Below, in pieces: positions 53,675-63,486 of a stretch of 64,000 nt of DNA. The translations under genes and the position numbers were made by a program. The notes beneath the pieces were generated by a model. The model worked only from the letters and a program-made list of their open reading frames with translations. It searched no databases and was not told where the DNA came from. Source of the DNA: a virus; the IMG/VR virus record IMGVR_UViG_3300017992_000019, positions 30,892 through 94,891 of that record, one strand, 5' to 3'. The stretch's first letter is position 1. Each line of letters opens with the position of its first letter.

Positions 53675-54408
53675 GGATCCTCGGTTTCGGTGACGTGCAC
53701 CTCGGGCTCAAGTCGGCCGGGTACGATTGTTTCGACGACACGATCCGTGCGTTGCGCGCGGCCGTTGCGAAAACACATCACGCGGATCTCTTTGTCTTGT
53801 GGGGCGACCTATTCCACCGGCCGGCACCCGAGCCCCGGGAGACGGCCGCGGCGATCGAGATCCTGTATCAGGCCGGGTGCCCGGCCGTGATCTTTCCGGG
53901 CAACCACGACGTCGGCAAGGGAGGAGTGCACCGGGTTATCGGAGGCAAGCCGATCCCGGCGCCCGATGCGCTCGAGCCGTTGCGCCGGATATCGTGGTCG
54001 CAAGAGACCTTGATTCCCGAGTCGCCAGTCGTTGCGACGATCGACGGCAAGCGGTTCTTGTTTGCATGTCACCTTTCCGACGCTCGAGCTCGGCACCTCT
54101 CCGACGGTGAGCTCAACGCTCAAGGTGTGGTCGACGAAATGTTTGAGGAGGCCGCGATCGAGGGAGTCGACGCGGTCTTTTCGCACCTTAGTTGCGACGG
54201 CGCGACCACCGGGACCGAGGGAGCGTTCCTCGTCGGAGGTGACTTGCAGATCCCAAAGCAGATCGCGAAGCGGTTGCAATGCCCGATCGTCAACGGGCAC
54301 ATTCACAAGCGGCAACGAGTCGGCCAGATCGATATTCCTGGATCATTGGTCCCGACAGACTTTGGCGACCGGGACGGCAACAAGGGATTCGTAACCCTCG
54401 AGGTGTGA
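53671..54408 (+). CDS. Mre11/SbcD-like metallophosphoesterase nuclease (catalytic domain only)
   Basis: 'GDVHLG', 'GDLFH', 'GNHD', 'FSH', 'GHIHKRQ', 'PGSL...DFGD'. Confidence 0.9.
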   Translation: MRILGFGDVHLGLKSAGYDCFDDTIRALRAAVAKTHHADLFVLWGDLFHRPAPEPRETAAAIEILYQAGCPAVIFPGNHDVGKGGVHRVIGGKPIPAPDALEPLRRISWSQETLIPESPVVATIDGKRFLFACHLSDARARHLSDGELNAQGVVDEMFEEAAIEGVDAVFSHLSCDGATTGTEGAFLVGGDLQIPKQIAKRLQCPIVNGHIHKRQRVGQIDIPGSLVPTDFGDRDGNKGFVTLEV

Positions 54409-54409
54409 C

Positions 54410-56881
54410 ATGGGAAAGGTGAGACGACCAAAGAAAGCGGCCGAGGCCGAAGTGCTCGAGGGAGGCGTGCTCGAGTTTCACTCGGTGCCGACTCGGAAAA
54501 TGATCAACCTCGAGATCGACCGGTTCAAGTTTTCGAGTTTCGACAACGAGACCGGGATCGCCAACATCGATCCAACCGGCAACGGGATCGACGGGGCGAT
54601 CGTCAAGATCGTGTGTCGGTATCGCGCCGGCGACGAGGAGGCGACCGATCAGTATCTCAAGCACCTCGTCGACATGCTCCGCGAGCGTGCTCACTATGTG
54701 AGACCACCGAAACGGATCGCGGTGCATGAGATACAGAAACGGATCCAGGAAATCAAGGTCGACCTCAAGCCGATCGACGCGGCGAAATTTTGGCTCGACA
54801 AGCGCAAGCCGAAACACGTCAACCGGCGTTTTGTGATCGACAGGCTCAACGGATACCTCGAGGAGGTGAGCAACCTCGAGAGAGACTCGCGGCCGACGCC
54901 GGCGTCGGTCTGGATCCGCATGAGCACGATTTGCAATTTCATGCCGTTCAAAGGCGAGCACAGTCTCTTGCATTTCCCCGACGGTGTGATCGGAGTGATC
55001 GGAAAGTACACCGAGGAGGAGTCGCGATCCAACCGGGCCGGCAAGAGTGCGTTCCTCGACGCGATCCTATTCGGGCTTTTCGGAGAGGCGAGAGGTCTCT
55101 CGACGATCGACAAGCACATTCACGACGGCGAAAAGGAGCTCGACGTCGGGCTCGGTCTCGACGTCGGAAATCAATTCGTGCCTTTCTCTCGTCGACTGGC
55201 GCGAGGCAAGACCGGCCGAGTCAAGAGCTCGCTCTCGATCGGCGACGCGCTCGTCGGGATCAAAGACGGCAACCCAAAGATCGTCGAGCTCCTCGGCATG
55301 AGTCGCGACGATTTTCTCAAGACGTGCTATGTCAAGCAAGGCGACCTCACAAAGATCCTCGAGGCGACCTCCGGCCAACTGAAAGCAGATATCATCCGGT
55401 GGAAAAATCTCGACGTGTGGAACGCTTTGTTTCGTGCGGTCGGTCGTGACCTCGCGAAGCTCGAGGAGGAGACCGCGGATCTCGAGACGCGCAAGACAAC
55501 GGCCGAGGAAACAGTCAAGCGCGGCCGGCCGACCACCGAGGAGCACGACCGGGTCAATGCCCGACTCAAGCTCGCGCTCAAGTACAACGAGCAAGTCGCC
55601 GCGGCCGAGGCGAAAGTCAAGGAGCTCCGACAGCGGTTGCGGTATCACGAACAACGGGCCCGGACTCTCGAGGAGATCGAGAGGGCCGAGGGGATCGTCG
55701 CCGGCAAGGTCGACCTCGAGGCCCGACAGGGCCCGGCCGAGACCGCGCTCGCCGAGGTCGACGCCGACCTCGCGAAAGCCCGGGAGGCCGAGGGAGCGGC
55801 ACGCCGGGAGGCCAACGAAAAACGCTTACTGGCAAAGGAGGGTTTCGACGGAATATGCCCGGTAGATAAGGGCGATTGCCCGAGAAAAGACGAAATAAAC
55901 GCCGATTGTGCCGCGGCCGATAGGAGCCTCGAGGAGGCGCTCGGGCGGTTGACGGTATGTCGTGACACCCGAAAGGAGGTCGAGGCCCGTGCTGCCCCCC
56001 TGCAATCGACTCTCCGAGGCATTGTCGAGGGTCTCGCCGGCGTGAAACGGGCCGAGGAGTATCTCGCGACAGCCGATCCCGGGGAGGTCGACGACACCCC
56101 GGCCGAGGTCGAGGCCAAGCTCGAGGAGGCGCTCGAGGCATTACAGGAGGAGCGGATCGACACCCGGGCGATCACCGAGGAGCTCGCCGACCTCAAGGCG
56201 CGGATCCAGGTGTACGAAGTCGCGGCCGGACAGATCGAGGCGCTCACCGAGGAGCTCGAGCGACACAACACCGAGCGACGGTTGCTCTCTTATCTCCGGC
56301 ATATCACCGGCAAGACCGGGATCCCGAGCATGATGATCGAGGATGCTCTCCTCGAGATCGCGGATCAGGTCAACGGGATCCTCGAGGAGCTCGGCACCGA
56401 TCACCGTCTCGAGTTTGAATTCGAGCGAGAGTTGCGCCGGCCGGAAAGATCGTGCTCGGGTTGCGGCGAAGTGTTCCCCGAGAGTGAGCGGGTCAAGTTC
56501 TGCGATCAATGCGGAGCACCTCGCGGCCGGGAGAAATCCGACGAGCTCCGACCAATGGTCCGAGAGGGTGACCGGTTGCAAGAGTTCGATCAGGACTCCG
56601 GCGCCGGCCGGGATCTCCTCGCGCTCGCGACCCGGGTTGTGATCTCTCGGTTCCTCGGAGCGACGATCCTTTTCCTCGACGAGGTCGGCGGGTCAATGGA
56701 CGATTATCACCTCCCGGCAATGATCCGGTTGCTCCGACGGTTGCCGGCTTACGGATTCAATCAGGTGTTTGTGATCTCTCACCAACAACAGATCGCCGAG
56801 GCCATGCCTCGAAACATCCTCGCGTTGAGAGACCCGGCCGCGCAATGCACCTCGCTTACATGGGAGGAGGCGCCGGCGTGA
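54410..56881 (+). CDS. Rad50/SbcC-like SMC ATPase with N-terminal extension
   Basis: 'NF.PF', Walker A 'SNRAGKS', Q-loop 'YVKQG', coiled coils with central CPV, 'DSGAG', 'LFLDE', 'VISH'. Confidence 0.9.
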   Translation: MGKVRRPKKAAEAEVLEGGVLEFHSVPTRKMINLEIDRFKFSSFDNETGIANIDPTGNGIDGAIVKIVCRYRAGDEEATDQYLKHLVDMLRERAHYVRPPKRIAVHEIQKRIQEIKVDLKPIDAAKFWLDKRKPKHVNRRFVIDRLNGYLEEVSNLERDSRPTPASVWIRMSTICNFMPFKGEHSLLHFPDGVIGVIGKYTEEESRSNRAGKSAFLDAILFGLFGEARGLSTIDKHIHDGEKELDVGLGLDVGNQFVPFSRRLARGKTGRVKSSLSIGDALVGIKDGNPKIVELLGMSRDDFLKTCYVKQGDLTKILEATSGQLKADIIRWKNLDVWNALFRAVGRDLAKLEEETADLETRKTTAEETVKRGRPTTEEHDRVNARLKLALKYNEQVAAAEAKVKELRQRLRYHEQRARTLEEIERAEGIVAGKVDLEARQGPAETALAEVDADLAKAREAEGAARREANEKRLLAKEGFDGICPVDKGDCPRKDEINADCAAADRSLEEALGRLTVCRDTRKEVEARAAPLQSTLRGIVEGLAGVKRAEEYLATADPGEVDDTPAEVEAKLEEALEALQEERIDTRAITEELADLKARIQVYEVAAGQIEALTEELERHNTERRLLSYLRHITGKTGIPSMMIEDALLEIADQVNGILEELGTDHRLEFEFERELRRPERSCSGCGEVFPESERVKFCDQCGAPRGREKSDELRPMVREGDRLQEFDQDSGAGRDLLALATRVVISRFLGATILFLDEVGGSMDDYHLPAMIRLLRRLPAYGFNQVFVISHQQQIAEAMPRNILALRDPAAQCTSLTWEEAPA

Positions 56882-57177
56882 GCAAGACGATCAAAGCTCT
56901 CGCGGTTGTGCTCGCGATCGTTGCAGTCGTTGAGGCGTTCGGGATCTTGTGGCTCTCATACGAGACTCAACTCGCAACGGAACGCGCTCGACTGATCGAG
57001 GAGTCGCTCCGACTATCCGAGGAGATCCGTCGGAGCGAGTGCGAGCTTGCCGAGTTGCGCGAGAATCTTTGTCGTGCTTATCATCGGACGCTCACCGGAT
57101 TGACCGAGAGACTCAACATTGCCCGACCGGGAAGCGCGGCCGAAATGTTACTCGGCGCAATGGGAGGCCCGGAATAG
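56878..57177 (+). CDS. Membrane-anchored coiled-coil protein
   Basis: N-terminal TM; GTGA overlap. Confidence 0.55.
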   Translation: MSKTIKALAVVLAIVAVVEAFGILWLSYETQLATERARLIEESLRLSEEIRRSECELAELRENLCRAYHRTLTGLTERLNIARPGSAAEMLLGAMGGPE

Positions 57178-57899
57178 TGGGAAAGCAACGCCGAAAACAC
57201 TGGACCGAGAAACAAGTGATCGTGCAAGGGTGGGATCTTTCCCTCAACCATGCCGGCTTTGTCGAGCTCGTCGACGGAGAGCTCGGTCGATTCTGGTATG
57301 TCTCCGACCGGGTCGGGTGTGCGAAGCGTTCCAAGACTGGCACCTTGATCAAGATCCCGAAGTGCGAGGATCGGATGCAAGAGTCGATCGATCGGATCCT
57401 GTTCTGGCGCAAGTATCTCGTCGAGCACGCGATCAGGTCTTGCCCGGCCTATGTAGGGATCGAGGATTATGCGCTCGACGGCGGCGCGCACGGAGCACAC
57501 TACAAGGGAGAGCTCGGAGGGATCGCGCGACTGGCGGCGCTCGACGTCAAGGCTCGAGTGAGGTTGCACGACCCGGGCTCGGTCAAGATGTTTACGACCC
57601 ACCGAGGCGACGCCGACAAGGCGTGGATCGAGGCCGCGGTCAAGGAGCGTTGGGGAGTCGACTTCTCGCGATACAACCTCCCGGCGAAACCAGGCAAGAA
57701 AGAAAACCGAGAGACGAGCGAGGATCTCGCTGACGCTTTCGCGGTTGCTCAACTCGTTTGGACCGAGATCCAGCTCCGACGCGGAACGCTCATGCTCTCG
57801 TCGTTGCATGAAAAGGAGATCCAGGTTTTCAACCGCACGACGAAAGCCTACCCGGTCAACATACTCGGTCGGGAATGGATCACAAGGAGGGCGGCATGA
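57177..57899 (+). CDS. RuvC-like Holliday junction resolvase
   Basis: 'GWDLSLNHAG', 'VGIEDYA', 'GELGGI.R', 'P.SVKMF.T..G.ADK', 'DLADAFAVA'. Confidence 0.82.
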   Translation: MGKQRRKHWTEKQVIVQGWDLSLNHAGFVELVDGELGRFWYVSDRVGCAKRSKTGTLIKIPKCEDRMQESIDRILFWRKYLVEHAIRSCPAYVGIEDYALDGGAHGAHYKGELGGIARLAALDVKARVRLHDPGSVKMFTTHRGDADKAWIEAAVKERWGVDFSRYNLPAKPGKKENRETSEDLADAFAVAQLVWTEIQLRRGTLMLSSLHEKEIQVFNRTTKAYPVNILGREWITRRAA

Positions 57900-58216
57900 A
57901 AATCGCCGACGACGAAAAAGCGATCTTTCAACCGATCTTTCTATCGATCGCGCAAGCGGCGACGACATGGCAACGACAAGGCCGGTCGTTGCAACGCTTT
58001 GTGATTCTCCTCGGCGGTGCGATTCTCACCTCGGCGATCGAGGTGACCAAGCAATTGATCAGAGTGCCGATCAAGTCGGAGTCGATCGCCGCGGATTTTA
58101 TTCAAGGCGTTATGAAGTGGGCCGAGACAACTCTTGACTCGCCGGAGGATGCCGGGATCATCACACCGGAACGCCTCGAGTTCATACACATGGATCCAGT
58201 CGGGCCGAAACAATAG
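57896..58216 (+). CDS. Hypothetical protein
   Basis: ATGA overlap; GGAGG SD. Confidence 0.5.
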   Translation: MKIADDEKAIFQPIFLSIAQAATTWQRQGRSLQRFVILLGGAILTSAIEVTKQLIRVPIKSESIAADFIQGVMKWAETTLDSPEDAGIITPERLEFIHMDPVGPKQ

Positions 58217-58225
58217 GAGGAGCTT

Positions 58226-58609
58226 GTGCCGGAGGAAAAAGAAAGCAAGGCGCCGGAGGAAAAGAAAGTCGAGACCAACATACCGACGACACCGGAGGGT
58301 CGGAGGCAACTCAACACGAAAATGATCCGCGACCTAATGAAGATCAAAAAGTATCGCGGCAACCCGAAAGACTATTTCGCGATCACCGGCGAGACTGTGC
58401 TCGACGTGTTCGGAGTCTACAAGGTCAAGCGGATCGACGACACCGGATCCGACGAGCTCCTCCTTTTTCACAAGCGTTACATGCACCGCTTTATTGATCC
58501 CGAGGAGGCGGCAATGTTTTGGAATCTGAAACTCGGGATCAGAGTGCCGAGGAGGATCGTCAATGGTGTTGCGGAATTTCCGAAGCGTCCGGCAAAAGTT
58601 CAATCCTGA
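58226..58609 (+). CDS. Hypothetical protein
   Basis: AGGAGG SD + GTG. Confidence 0.55.
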   Translation: MPEEKESKAPEEKKVETNIPTTPEGRRQLNTKMIRDLMKIKKYRGNPKDYFAITGETVLDVFGVYKVKRIDDTGSDELLLFHKRYMHRFIDPEEAAMFWNLKLGIRVPRRIVNGVAEFPKRPAKVQS

Positions 58610-58619
58610 AAAGGATTAC

Positions 58620-59009
58620 ATGACACCGGCCGAGCTCCTGTACTTTCGCAACATGCGAGAGGTCGGAGAGATCACTTTCTTTCGGTGCGGTTTTTGTGAG
58701 ACGTGCCGCACCGAGGTTTTGAAAAGCAAACGATTCTGTTCCAAACAATGCAAGGAGAAAAAAATGAGCGAGTTGAATTGGACAATCGACGTCAAGGCAA
58801 TGCTCGGCAAGGAGGTCAAGGTCGAGACCAAAGACGGGATTTATCTCGCCGGGCGATTCACCGATCTGATCACCGAGGAGATCCGCTTTTGTGGTGAGAG
58901 TGTTCCGGTGCCGATCGTGATCGAGCTCGACGGTGATCCCGAAAAGCGGGTCGACGTGAGCCGGTTGGTCGCGGTCGATCTCATGGGAGAGGATCATGCA
59001 ACCGACTAG
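58620..59009 (+). CDS. Hypothetical protein (Cys-rich N-terminus, Sm-like C-terminus; start may be 58764)
   Basis: C..C..FCS..C then 'LGKEVKVETKDG..L.G.F'. Confidence 0.45.
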   Translation: MTPAELLYFRNMREVGEITFFRCGFCETCRTEVLKSKRFCSKQCKEKKMSELNWTIDVKAMLGKEVKVETKDGIYLAGRFTDLITEEIRFCGESVPVPIVIELDGDPEKRVDVSRLVAVDLMGEDHATD

Positions 59010-59295
59010 ACGACGGCCGCGGCCGACGAAAAAGAAAAAGCCCGACAAGCCGAAACCGAAACCCAAGCGCGGGAATTTCTACCGGTGCGAGCTCATGGAC
59101 GGCGAGACCATGTATGTCGGGACCGGTGCAACAAAAGAGAAAGCAGAGCGCGACGCGCTCCGAGTTGCTTTCAAGCGTTCCGGTCAAGAGAGATACGACG
59201 TCAAGGATTTTGACAAGCACAAGACCAAACTACAACGCGGGCCCCAACGACGGATCTCCGACGAGGAAAAAGAAAAGAAAGCGAAAGGAGCCTGA
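58996..59295 (+). CDS. Hypothetical basic protein
   Basis: GAGG SD; Lys/Arg-rich. Confidence 0.5.
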   Translation: MQPTRRRPRPTKKKKPDKPKPKPKRGNFYRCELMDGETMYVGTGATKEKAERDALRVAFKRSGQERYDVKDFDKHKTKLQRGPQRRISDEEKEKKAKGA

Positions 59296-59297
59296 TC

Positions 59298-60164
59298 ATG
59301 TTCGGGGTCGACATTATCCGAAAGCCGGATCCGGTGCCCGAGGGTCTCAAGCGGATCTATGAAGTATGCGCGCTCGAGGGCAAACTCGTTGTCGTTGTCT
59401 CCGAGGGTGTCGTCTACAACGGGTATCTGATCCAACACGCGGGATCGACTTTCTCGGCGATACAAGAGAGGGTGAGATCCGACGACTACCCGATCGAGAG
59501 CGGCCCGGATCCCGCGGCGCCTCCCTCCTCGCCGGATCCCGAGTTGCTCGAGCACAAACGGATCCAATGGTGGCCGGAGGCGGTCGTGTGTTCCAATTGC
59601 GACGCGACGGTCGAGCTCAAGGAGGAGCCGACGGCATACGTGGTCGAGTGTCCTTTCTGCACTCACATGATCGTGATTCAACCGATCGCCGACGCCGACG
59701 ACAACGCACCCATGACTCGCGCGCAATTCAACGAGCTCCTCGACAACACCGCGGACAGGGTCGCAGGCGAGGCGGTCAAGGAGGCTGCACTCGGCCGGTC
59801 GCCGAAAGTCGAGGAGACGATCAAGAAAGCGGCGTCGAACGCAGTCAACAAAGCGAGGACAGGCGCGAGCGCCGAGGAGATCGCCGAGGGTCTCAAGGAG
59901 GATCTCGTTGCACCCTCGCCGGCCGGGTTCATTGAGGTCAAGCCCGAGGGAGACGACCTCGCACGATACGAGGCGCGCGACTGCAAGGAGACGGTCGACC
60001 GGATCATTGCCGAGGAGGACGGCCGGGCGGTGTGTTCCGGTTGCAACGGGTACGACGGCAAGCACACCCGGCCGGATTGCAACGGCGAGTTTATCAAGAC
60101 GCTCCCGGCCGACCTTGCGGAACTTGACAAGGAGATCGCCGAGTCGGAGAGTCGCGGCACATGA
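59298..60164 (+). CDS. Hypothetical protein with zinc ribbons
   Basis: CSNC..CPFC, CSGC..H..C. Confidence 0.55.
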   Translation: MFGVDIIRKPDPVPEGLKRIYEVCALEGKLVVVVSEGVVYNGYLIQHAGSTFSAIQERVRSDDYPIESGPDPAAPPSSPDPELLEHKRIQWWPEAVVCSNCDATVELKEEPTAYVVECPFCTHMIVIQPIADADDNAPMTRAQFNELLDNTADRVAGEAVKEAALGRSPKVEETIKKAASNAVNKARTGASAEEIAEGLKEDLVAPSPAGFIEVKPEGDDLARYEARDCKETVDRIIAEEDGRAVCSGCNGYDGKHTRPDCNGEFIKTLPADLAELDKEIAESESRGT

Positions 60165-60349
60165 AACAGAAAACAACAATCGGCGAGTGCTTTATCTGCA
60201 AGCGTAAACTCAAAAGGCACGAAGTGAGCCCCCCATTGCCGGCCGACGTTGTTGCGATCAAGGTCGTGATCTCCGGTGTGGAACGCTTCGCGTGTCTCAA
60301 GCACCCGGGAGTCGAGGAGTTGAAACGATGCCAGGCGACTACAAAGTGA
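60161..60349 (+). CDS. Small Cys/His protein
   Basis: CFIC...CLKHPGV. Confidence 0.5.
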   Translation: MKQKTTIGECFICKRKLKRHEVSPPLPADVVAIKVVISGVERFACLKHPGVEELKRCQATTK

Positions 60350-60981
60350 TCTATGCGGATCCCCCGTGGCAGTATCGGGACAAGGGCAACTCGGGCAAGC
60401 GCGGCGTTGTTTACAAGTATCCCGTGCTCAACCTGAAACAGATCAAGGCGCTCCCGGTTGCCGACCTCGCGGCCGACGACGCGGTGCTTTTCTTGTGGTC
60501 GACTTTTCCCATGACTCGCGAGGCACACGAAACGATCGAGGCGTGGGGTTTCACTTTCAAGACGATCGGTTTTTTGTGGGTCAAGACCAATCGCAAGGAT
60601 CGGTGCTTGACATGCAAGGCCGGGTCGCTCGCGTGGGGCATGGGCAACTGGACAAGGAGCAACTCCGAGCCGTGTCTCCTCGCGATCAAGGGCAAGCCGA
60701 AACGCGCCTCGGCCGGAGTGCACTCGGTGATCATGGCGCCGCGATTGGAACACTCGCGCAAGCCGGCCGAGACTTACGTGAGGATCGAGGAGCTCGTCGG
60801 CGACGCGAAACGGATCGAGTTATTCGCTCGCCGGCGCCGGCGAGGATGGGACGCATGGGGCAATGAGCTCGAGGATTCCGACGTCGAGCTTGTGACCAAT
60901 GCCAACAACGGATCGATGATATGGATCCCGGGCCCGGTCGCACGTGCCGGGTCATACTTACCAAGTCAAGTCGGAGGTTGA
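60328..60981 (+). CDS. MT-A70 family N6-adenine methyltransferase
   Basis: 'YKVIYADPPW', 'LFLW', 'WGF.FKT', 'GMGNWTRSNSE.CL', 'HSRKP', 'IELFAR', 'GWDAWGNE'. Confidence 0.95.
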   Translation: MPGDYKVIYADPPWQYRDKGNSGKRGVVYKYPVLNLKQIKALPVADLAADDAVLFLWSTFPMTREAHETIEAWGFTFKTIGFLWVKTNRKDRCLTCKAGSLAWGMGNWTRSNSEPCLLAIKGKPKRASAGVHSVIMAPRLEHSRKPAETYVRIEELVGDAKRIELFARRRRRGWDAWGNELEDSDVELVTNANNGSMIWIPGPVARAGSYLPSQVGG

Positions 60982-60984
60982 AAC

Positions 60985-61128
60985 ATGGGGCGACGCGATA
61001 AAAGGCGCCGCAAGAAAAAGAAAGCCAAAAAGCGCAAGGAGGTCGGCGACGCTTTCAAGCGTCCGGTTGTACCGGCCAAGGAGGAACGCGAACAATGGGA
61101 GAGGGAAACGGAAAAACTCGCATCCTGA
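60985..61128 (+). CDS. 47-aa highly basic peptide (not in ORF track)
   Basis: GGAGG SD; MGRRDKRRRKKKKAKKRKEVGDAFKRPVV... Confidence 0.45.
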   Translation: MGRRDKRRRKKKKAKKRKEVGDAFKRPVVPAKEEREQWERETEKLAS

Positions 61129-61559
61129 TCACGGTGCTCAAAGTGATCGGGGCGATCGCCGTTGCCGGTCTCGGGGCATACGGGTCGATCAAGTCGACGC
61201 AAGCAAGCTCGGAGATCACACAAGCGATCGAGATACTCAAGGCGACGGCCGACCGGATCGACGTCAAGGTGATCCCCCGGATGCAAAAGGAGCTCGACCG
61301 GCAACAGGGAGACGACAAGACGCTCGTCGAGATATGCGCGAAGCTCCGCGAGAGAGTCGCGCACCTCGAGGGGAGACTCGGGCGGGTCGCGCACCTCGAG
61401 CGCCGGCCGCGACCGACTGCGACAGCCGCGGGCATGGGACCACCGGCACCCGAGCCGGAGGCGATCAAGCTCGACAAGATTCTCAAGCGCAAGTCGGACA
61501 AGATCCCCGACGTGGATTTCGACGGCGTGCAAATGATGGTACAGAAAGCAGCGGAGTGA
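61095..61559 (+). CDS. Membrane-anchored coiled-coil protein
   Basis: AGGAGG SD; N-terminal TM. Confidence 0.55.
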   Translation: MGEGNGKTRILITVLKVIGAIAVAGLGAYGSIKSTQASSEITQAIEILKATADRIDVKVIPRMQKELDRQQGDDKTLVEICAKLRERVAHLEGRLGRVAHLERRPRPTATAAGMGPPAPEPEAIKLDKILKRKSDKIPDVDFDGVQMMVQKAAE

Positions 61560-61563
61560 ACCA

Positions 61564-62235
61564 ATGACCGACACGACACGGATCGAAGTAGACGAACGCG
61601 CGGCGGTGATCGCCGACAAGGATCTCGCCGGCGAGGAGCTCCTTGATTGGTTCCTTGACACGACGACCTTTCATTTCAGAGACAAGCAAGCGACGCTCCG
61701 CGAGATCATTGTGCACGCGGTCAAGGGTATGGTTGCGGCCGACGCGCAGAAAGCGATCGGAAAGATCGAGGAGCTCCTCGGCAAGCATACCAACACGTCG
61801 CCGGCCGGGCCGACTGCACCTCCGGCGCCGACGAAACCTCCGACTCTGCCCGATGCTTTTCTCGAGAAGTTATCACCGGAGGAGCGCGAAGTGTTCCGGG
61901 AGGGTTGGAAGGATCGCAACGAGGGCAAGGCCGATCCCGGGGCCCGCGGCAAGTATGTTGACCCGGTGCTCGCGAGATACTACGCGGCCGGCTGGCATGA
62001 GGCCAACCGGCGCGGAGTTCCTTTCCCTTACTCGGGCACGACGTGCTCGGTATGCAAGCGGCCGCAATACGTGACCACGTCCGGGCTCATGTGCGACGAG
62101 GGTCACGGCGGCGCCGATCCGGCCGAGGAGGATCACGCGGTTTGTCTCAACTGCGAGATCCCTCTCGGGTGGGTGCCGACGCTCAAGCAACGGTGTCCTC
62201 GGTGCGGTGCGTATCCGACGCGAAAGGAGGAGTGA
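61564..62235 (+). CDS. Hypothetical protein with zinc ribbons
   Basis: 'EGW...Y.AGWHEA' motif; several CxxC. Confidence 0.55.
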   Translation: MTDTTRIEVDERAAVIADKDLAGEELLDWFLDTTTFHFRDKQATLREIIVHAVKGMVAADAQKAIGKIEELLGKHTNTSPAGPTAPPAPTKPPTLPDAFLEKLSPEEREVFREGWKDRNEGKADPGARGKYVDPVLARYYAAGWHEANRRGVPFPYSGTTCSVCKRPQYVTTSGLMCDEGHGGADPAEEDHAVCLNCEIPLGWVPTLKQRCPRCGAYPTRKEE

Positions 62236-62238
62236 TCA

Positions 62239-62724
62239 TTGTTCTTGGTATTCGTCGACGGGCGACTCGTCGATCCGCTTTACTACCGGGTGATCGTCAA
62301 CGAGCCCAACGAGCGGCCGCGTCTCGTTTTGAGATTCGAGCCGGAGGTGCTCAAGAAAATCGGACCGCCAACGCGCGACCGGGTCAAGGTGCTATACCTA
62401 CCGCGCGAGGCCCGATGGATCGGTGCCGACCGTGACGAGTGCGGTGAGTTGAAAATCATAAACTCGGAGGGAGTGCAAGCCTATGCCGGAGACCAAAGGA
62501 AAAAGAAAAAGCAAGAAAGCGACGAGCGGATCAGTCACTTCGGAAAGCGTCGCCGTCGAAAGCCTCGACGTAAATCTCGAGGAGCTCGCAAAGTCGATCG
62601 AGCAAGTGGCGGCGGCGACGAGAAAGATCAACAACTCGAGACTCACTCGGAAAGCGATCGTGATTCTGATCCAACAAGGGATCACCGGGTCGATCAGTCG
62701 TGCGGCGATCGAGGCGGTGCTTGA
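62239..62724 (+). CDS. Hypothetical protein (3' half overlaps next gene)
   Basis: SD + TTG; first ~80 aa look globular. Confidence 0.35.
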   Translation: MFLVFVDGRLVDPLYYRVIVNEPNERPRLVLRFEPEVLKKIGPPTRDRVKVLYLPREARWIGADRDECGELKIINSEGVQAYAGDQRKKKKQESDERISHFGKRRRRKPRRKSRGARKVDRASGGGDEKDQQLETHSESDRDSDPTRDHRVDQSCGDRGGA

Positions 62725-62776
62725 CACCGCGGCGGATCTCGATCGCTTGTACCTGAAAAAAGCGAGGAGGAAATGA
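62483..62776 (+). CDS. Hypothetical protein
   Basis: GGAGG SD; 'L..KAIVILIQ' helix. Confidence 0.55.
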   Translation: MPETKGKRKSKKATSGSVTSESVAVESLDVNLEELAKSIEQVAAATRKINNSRLTRKAIVILIQQGITGSISRAAIEAVLDTAADLDRLYLKKARRK

Positions 62777-63075
62777 ACGAGAATCAATTGCGAGAAGTCT
62801 ACCCGGACCTACAAAACACCCTGATCAAGATCGAGCAAGAGCTCGACAACTTCGCGTATTACGTGCGGGGTCATGATCCAGACGACACCCGTCTCGACGT
62901 GATCGAGCTTGTGCTCCTTGCGGCCGCGCGTTCCGGTTTAGTGCTCCGACCGATGCTCGAGGTTTTGCCGGCGCTCTCGATCAACTCACCCGGGCAAGAG
63001 GTAACAAACAAGCTCGAGCGCGTTGCAGCGGCGCTCGAAAATATTTCCGAGCTCATGCTCCGAAACCAAAGATAG
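62773..63075 (+). CDS. Hypothetical protein
   Basis: ATGA overlap; AGGAGG. Confidence 0.55.
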   Translation: MNENQLREVYPDLQNTLIKIEQELDNFAYYVRGHDPDDTRLDVIELVLLAAARSGLVLRPMLEVLPALSINSPGQEVTNKLERVAAALENISELMLRNQR

Positions 63076-63084
63076 GAGGCGACC

Positions 63085-63486
63085 ATGTCAGAACAGAAAG
63101 CAAAGTCTCTCGGGATCACCGACGTCAAAGGTGCTCACGACAATATTTCCGACCTCGAGGTGTTCGGAAACGGGGATACCTTTCAACTGATTTGCAAGGC
63201 GAGCTCCGAGGCCGAGGGCTGGATGAAAAGCACAAAGGCAATGGAGATCCCGCACCTCGGTTGTGTCGTGCAAGTCACGACTCAACAACGCAACCCCGAC
63301 GGGTCGTATGCGATCGCCGAGGCGCTTGCATACGTGCCGGGTGCGCGGATTGTCGAAGATCAAAAGGGAGTCGAGCGCGGCGAGATATACGGCCGGCGCC
63401 TCGAGGCGTTCCCGATGGTCAAGAAAGCACAGGAGGCGATCGAGGAGGGACTCGAGGAGGGAGAGCGCCGTGCAAAAGACACGTGA
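63085..63486 (+). CDS. Conserved phage hypothetical protein
   Basis: 'GNGDTF.LI.KASSE.EGWMKSTKAMEIP..GCVVQVTTQQ'. Confidence 0.65.
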   Translation: MSEQKAKSLGITDVKGAHDNISDLEVFGNGDTFQLICKASSEAEGWMKSTKAMEIPHLGCVVQVTTQQRNPDGSYAIAEALAYVPGARIVEDQKGVERGEIYGRRLEAFPMVKKAQEAIEEGLEEGERRAKDT

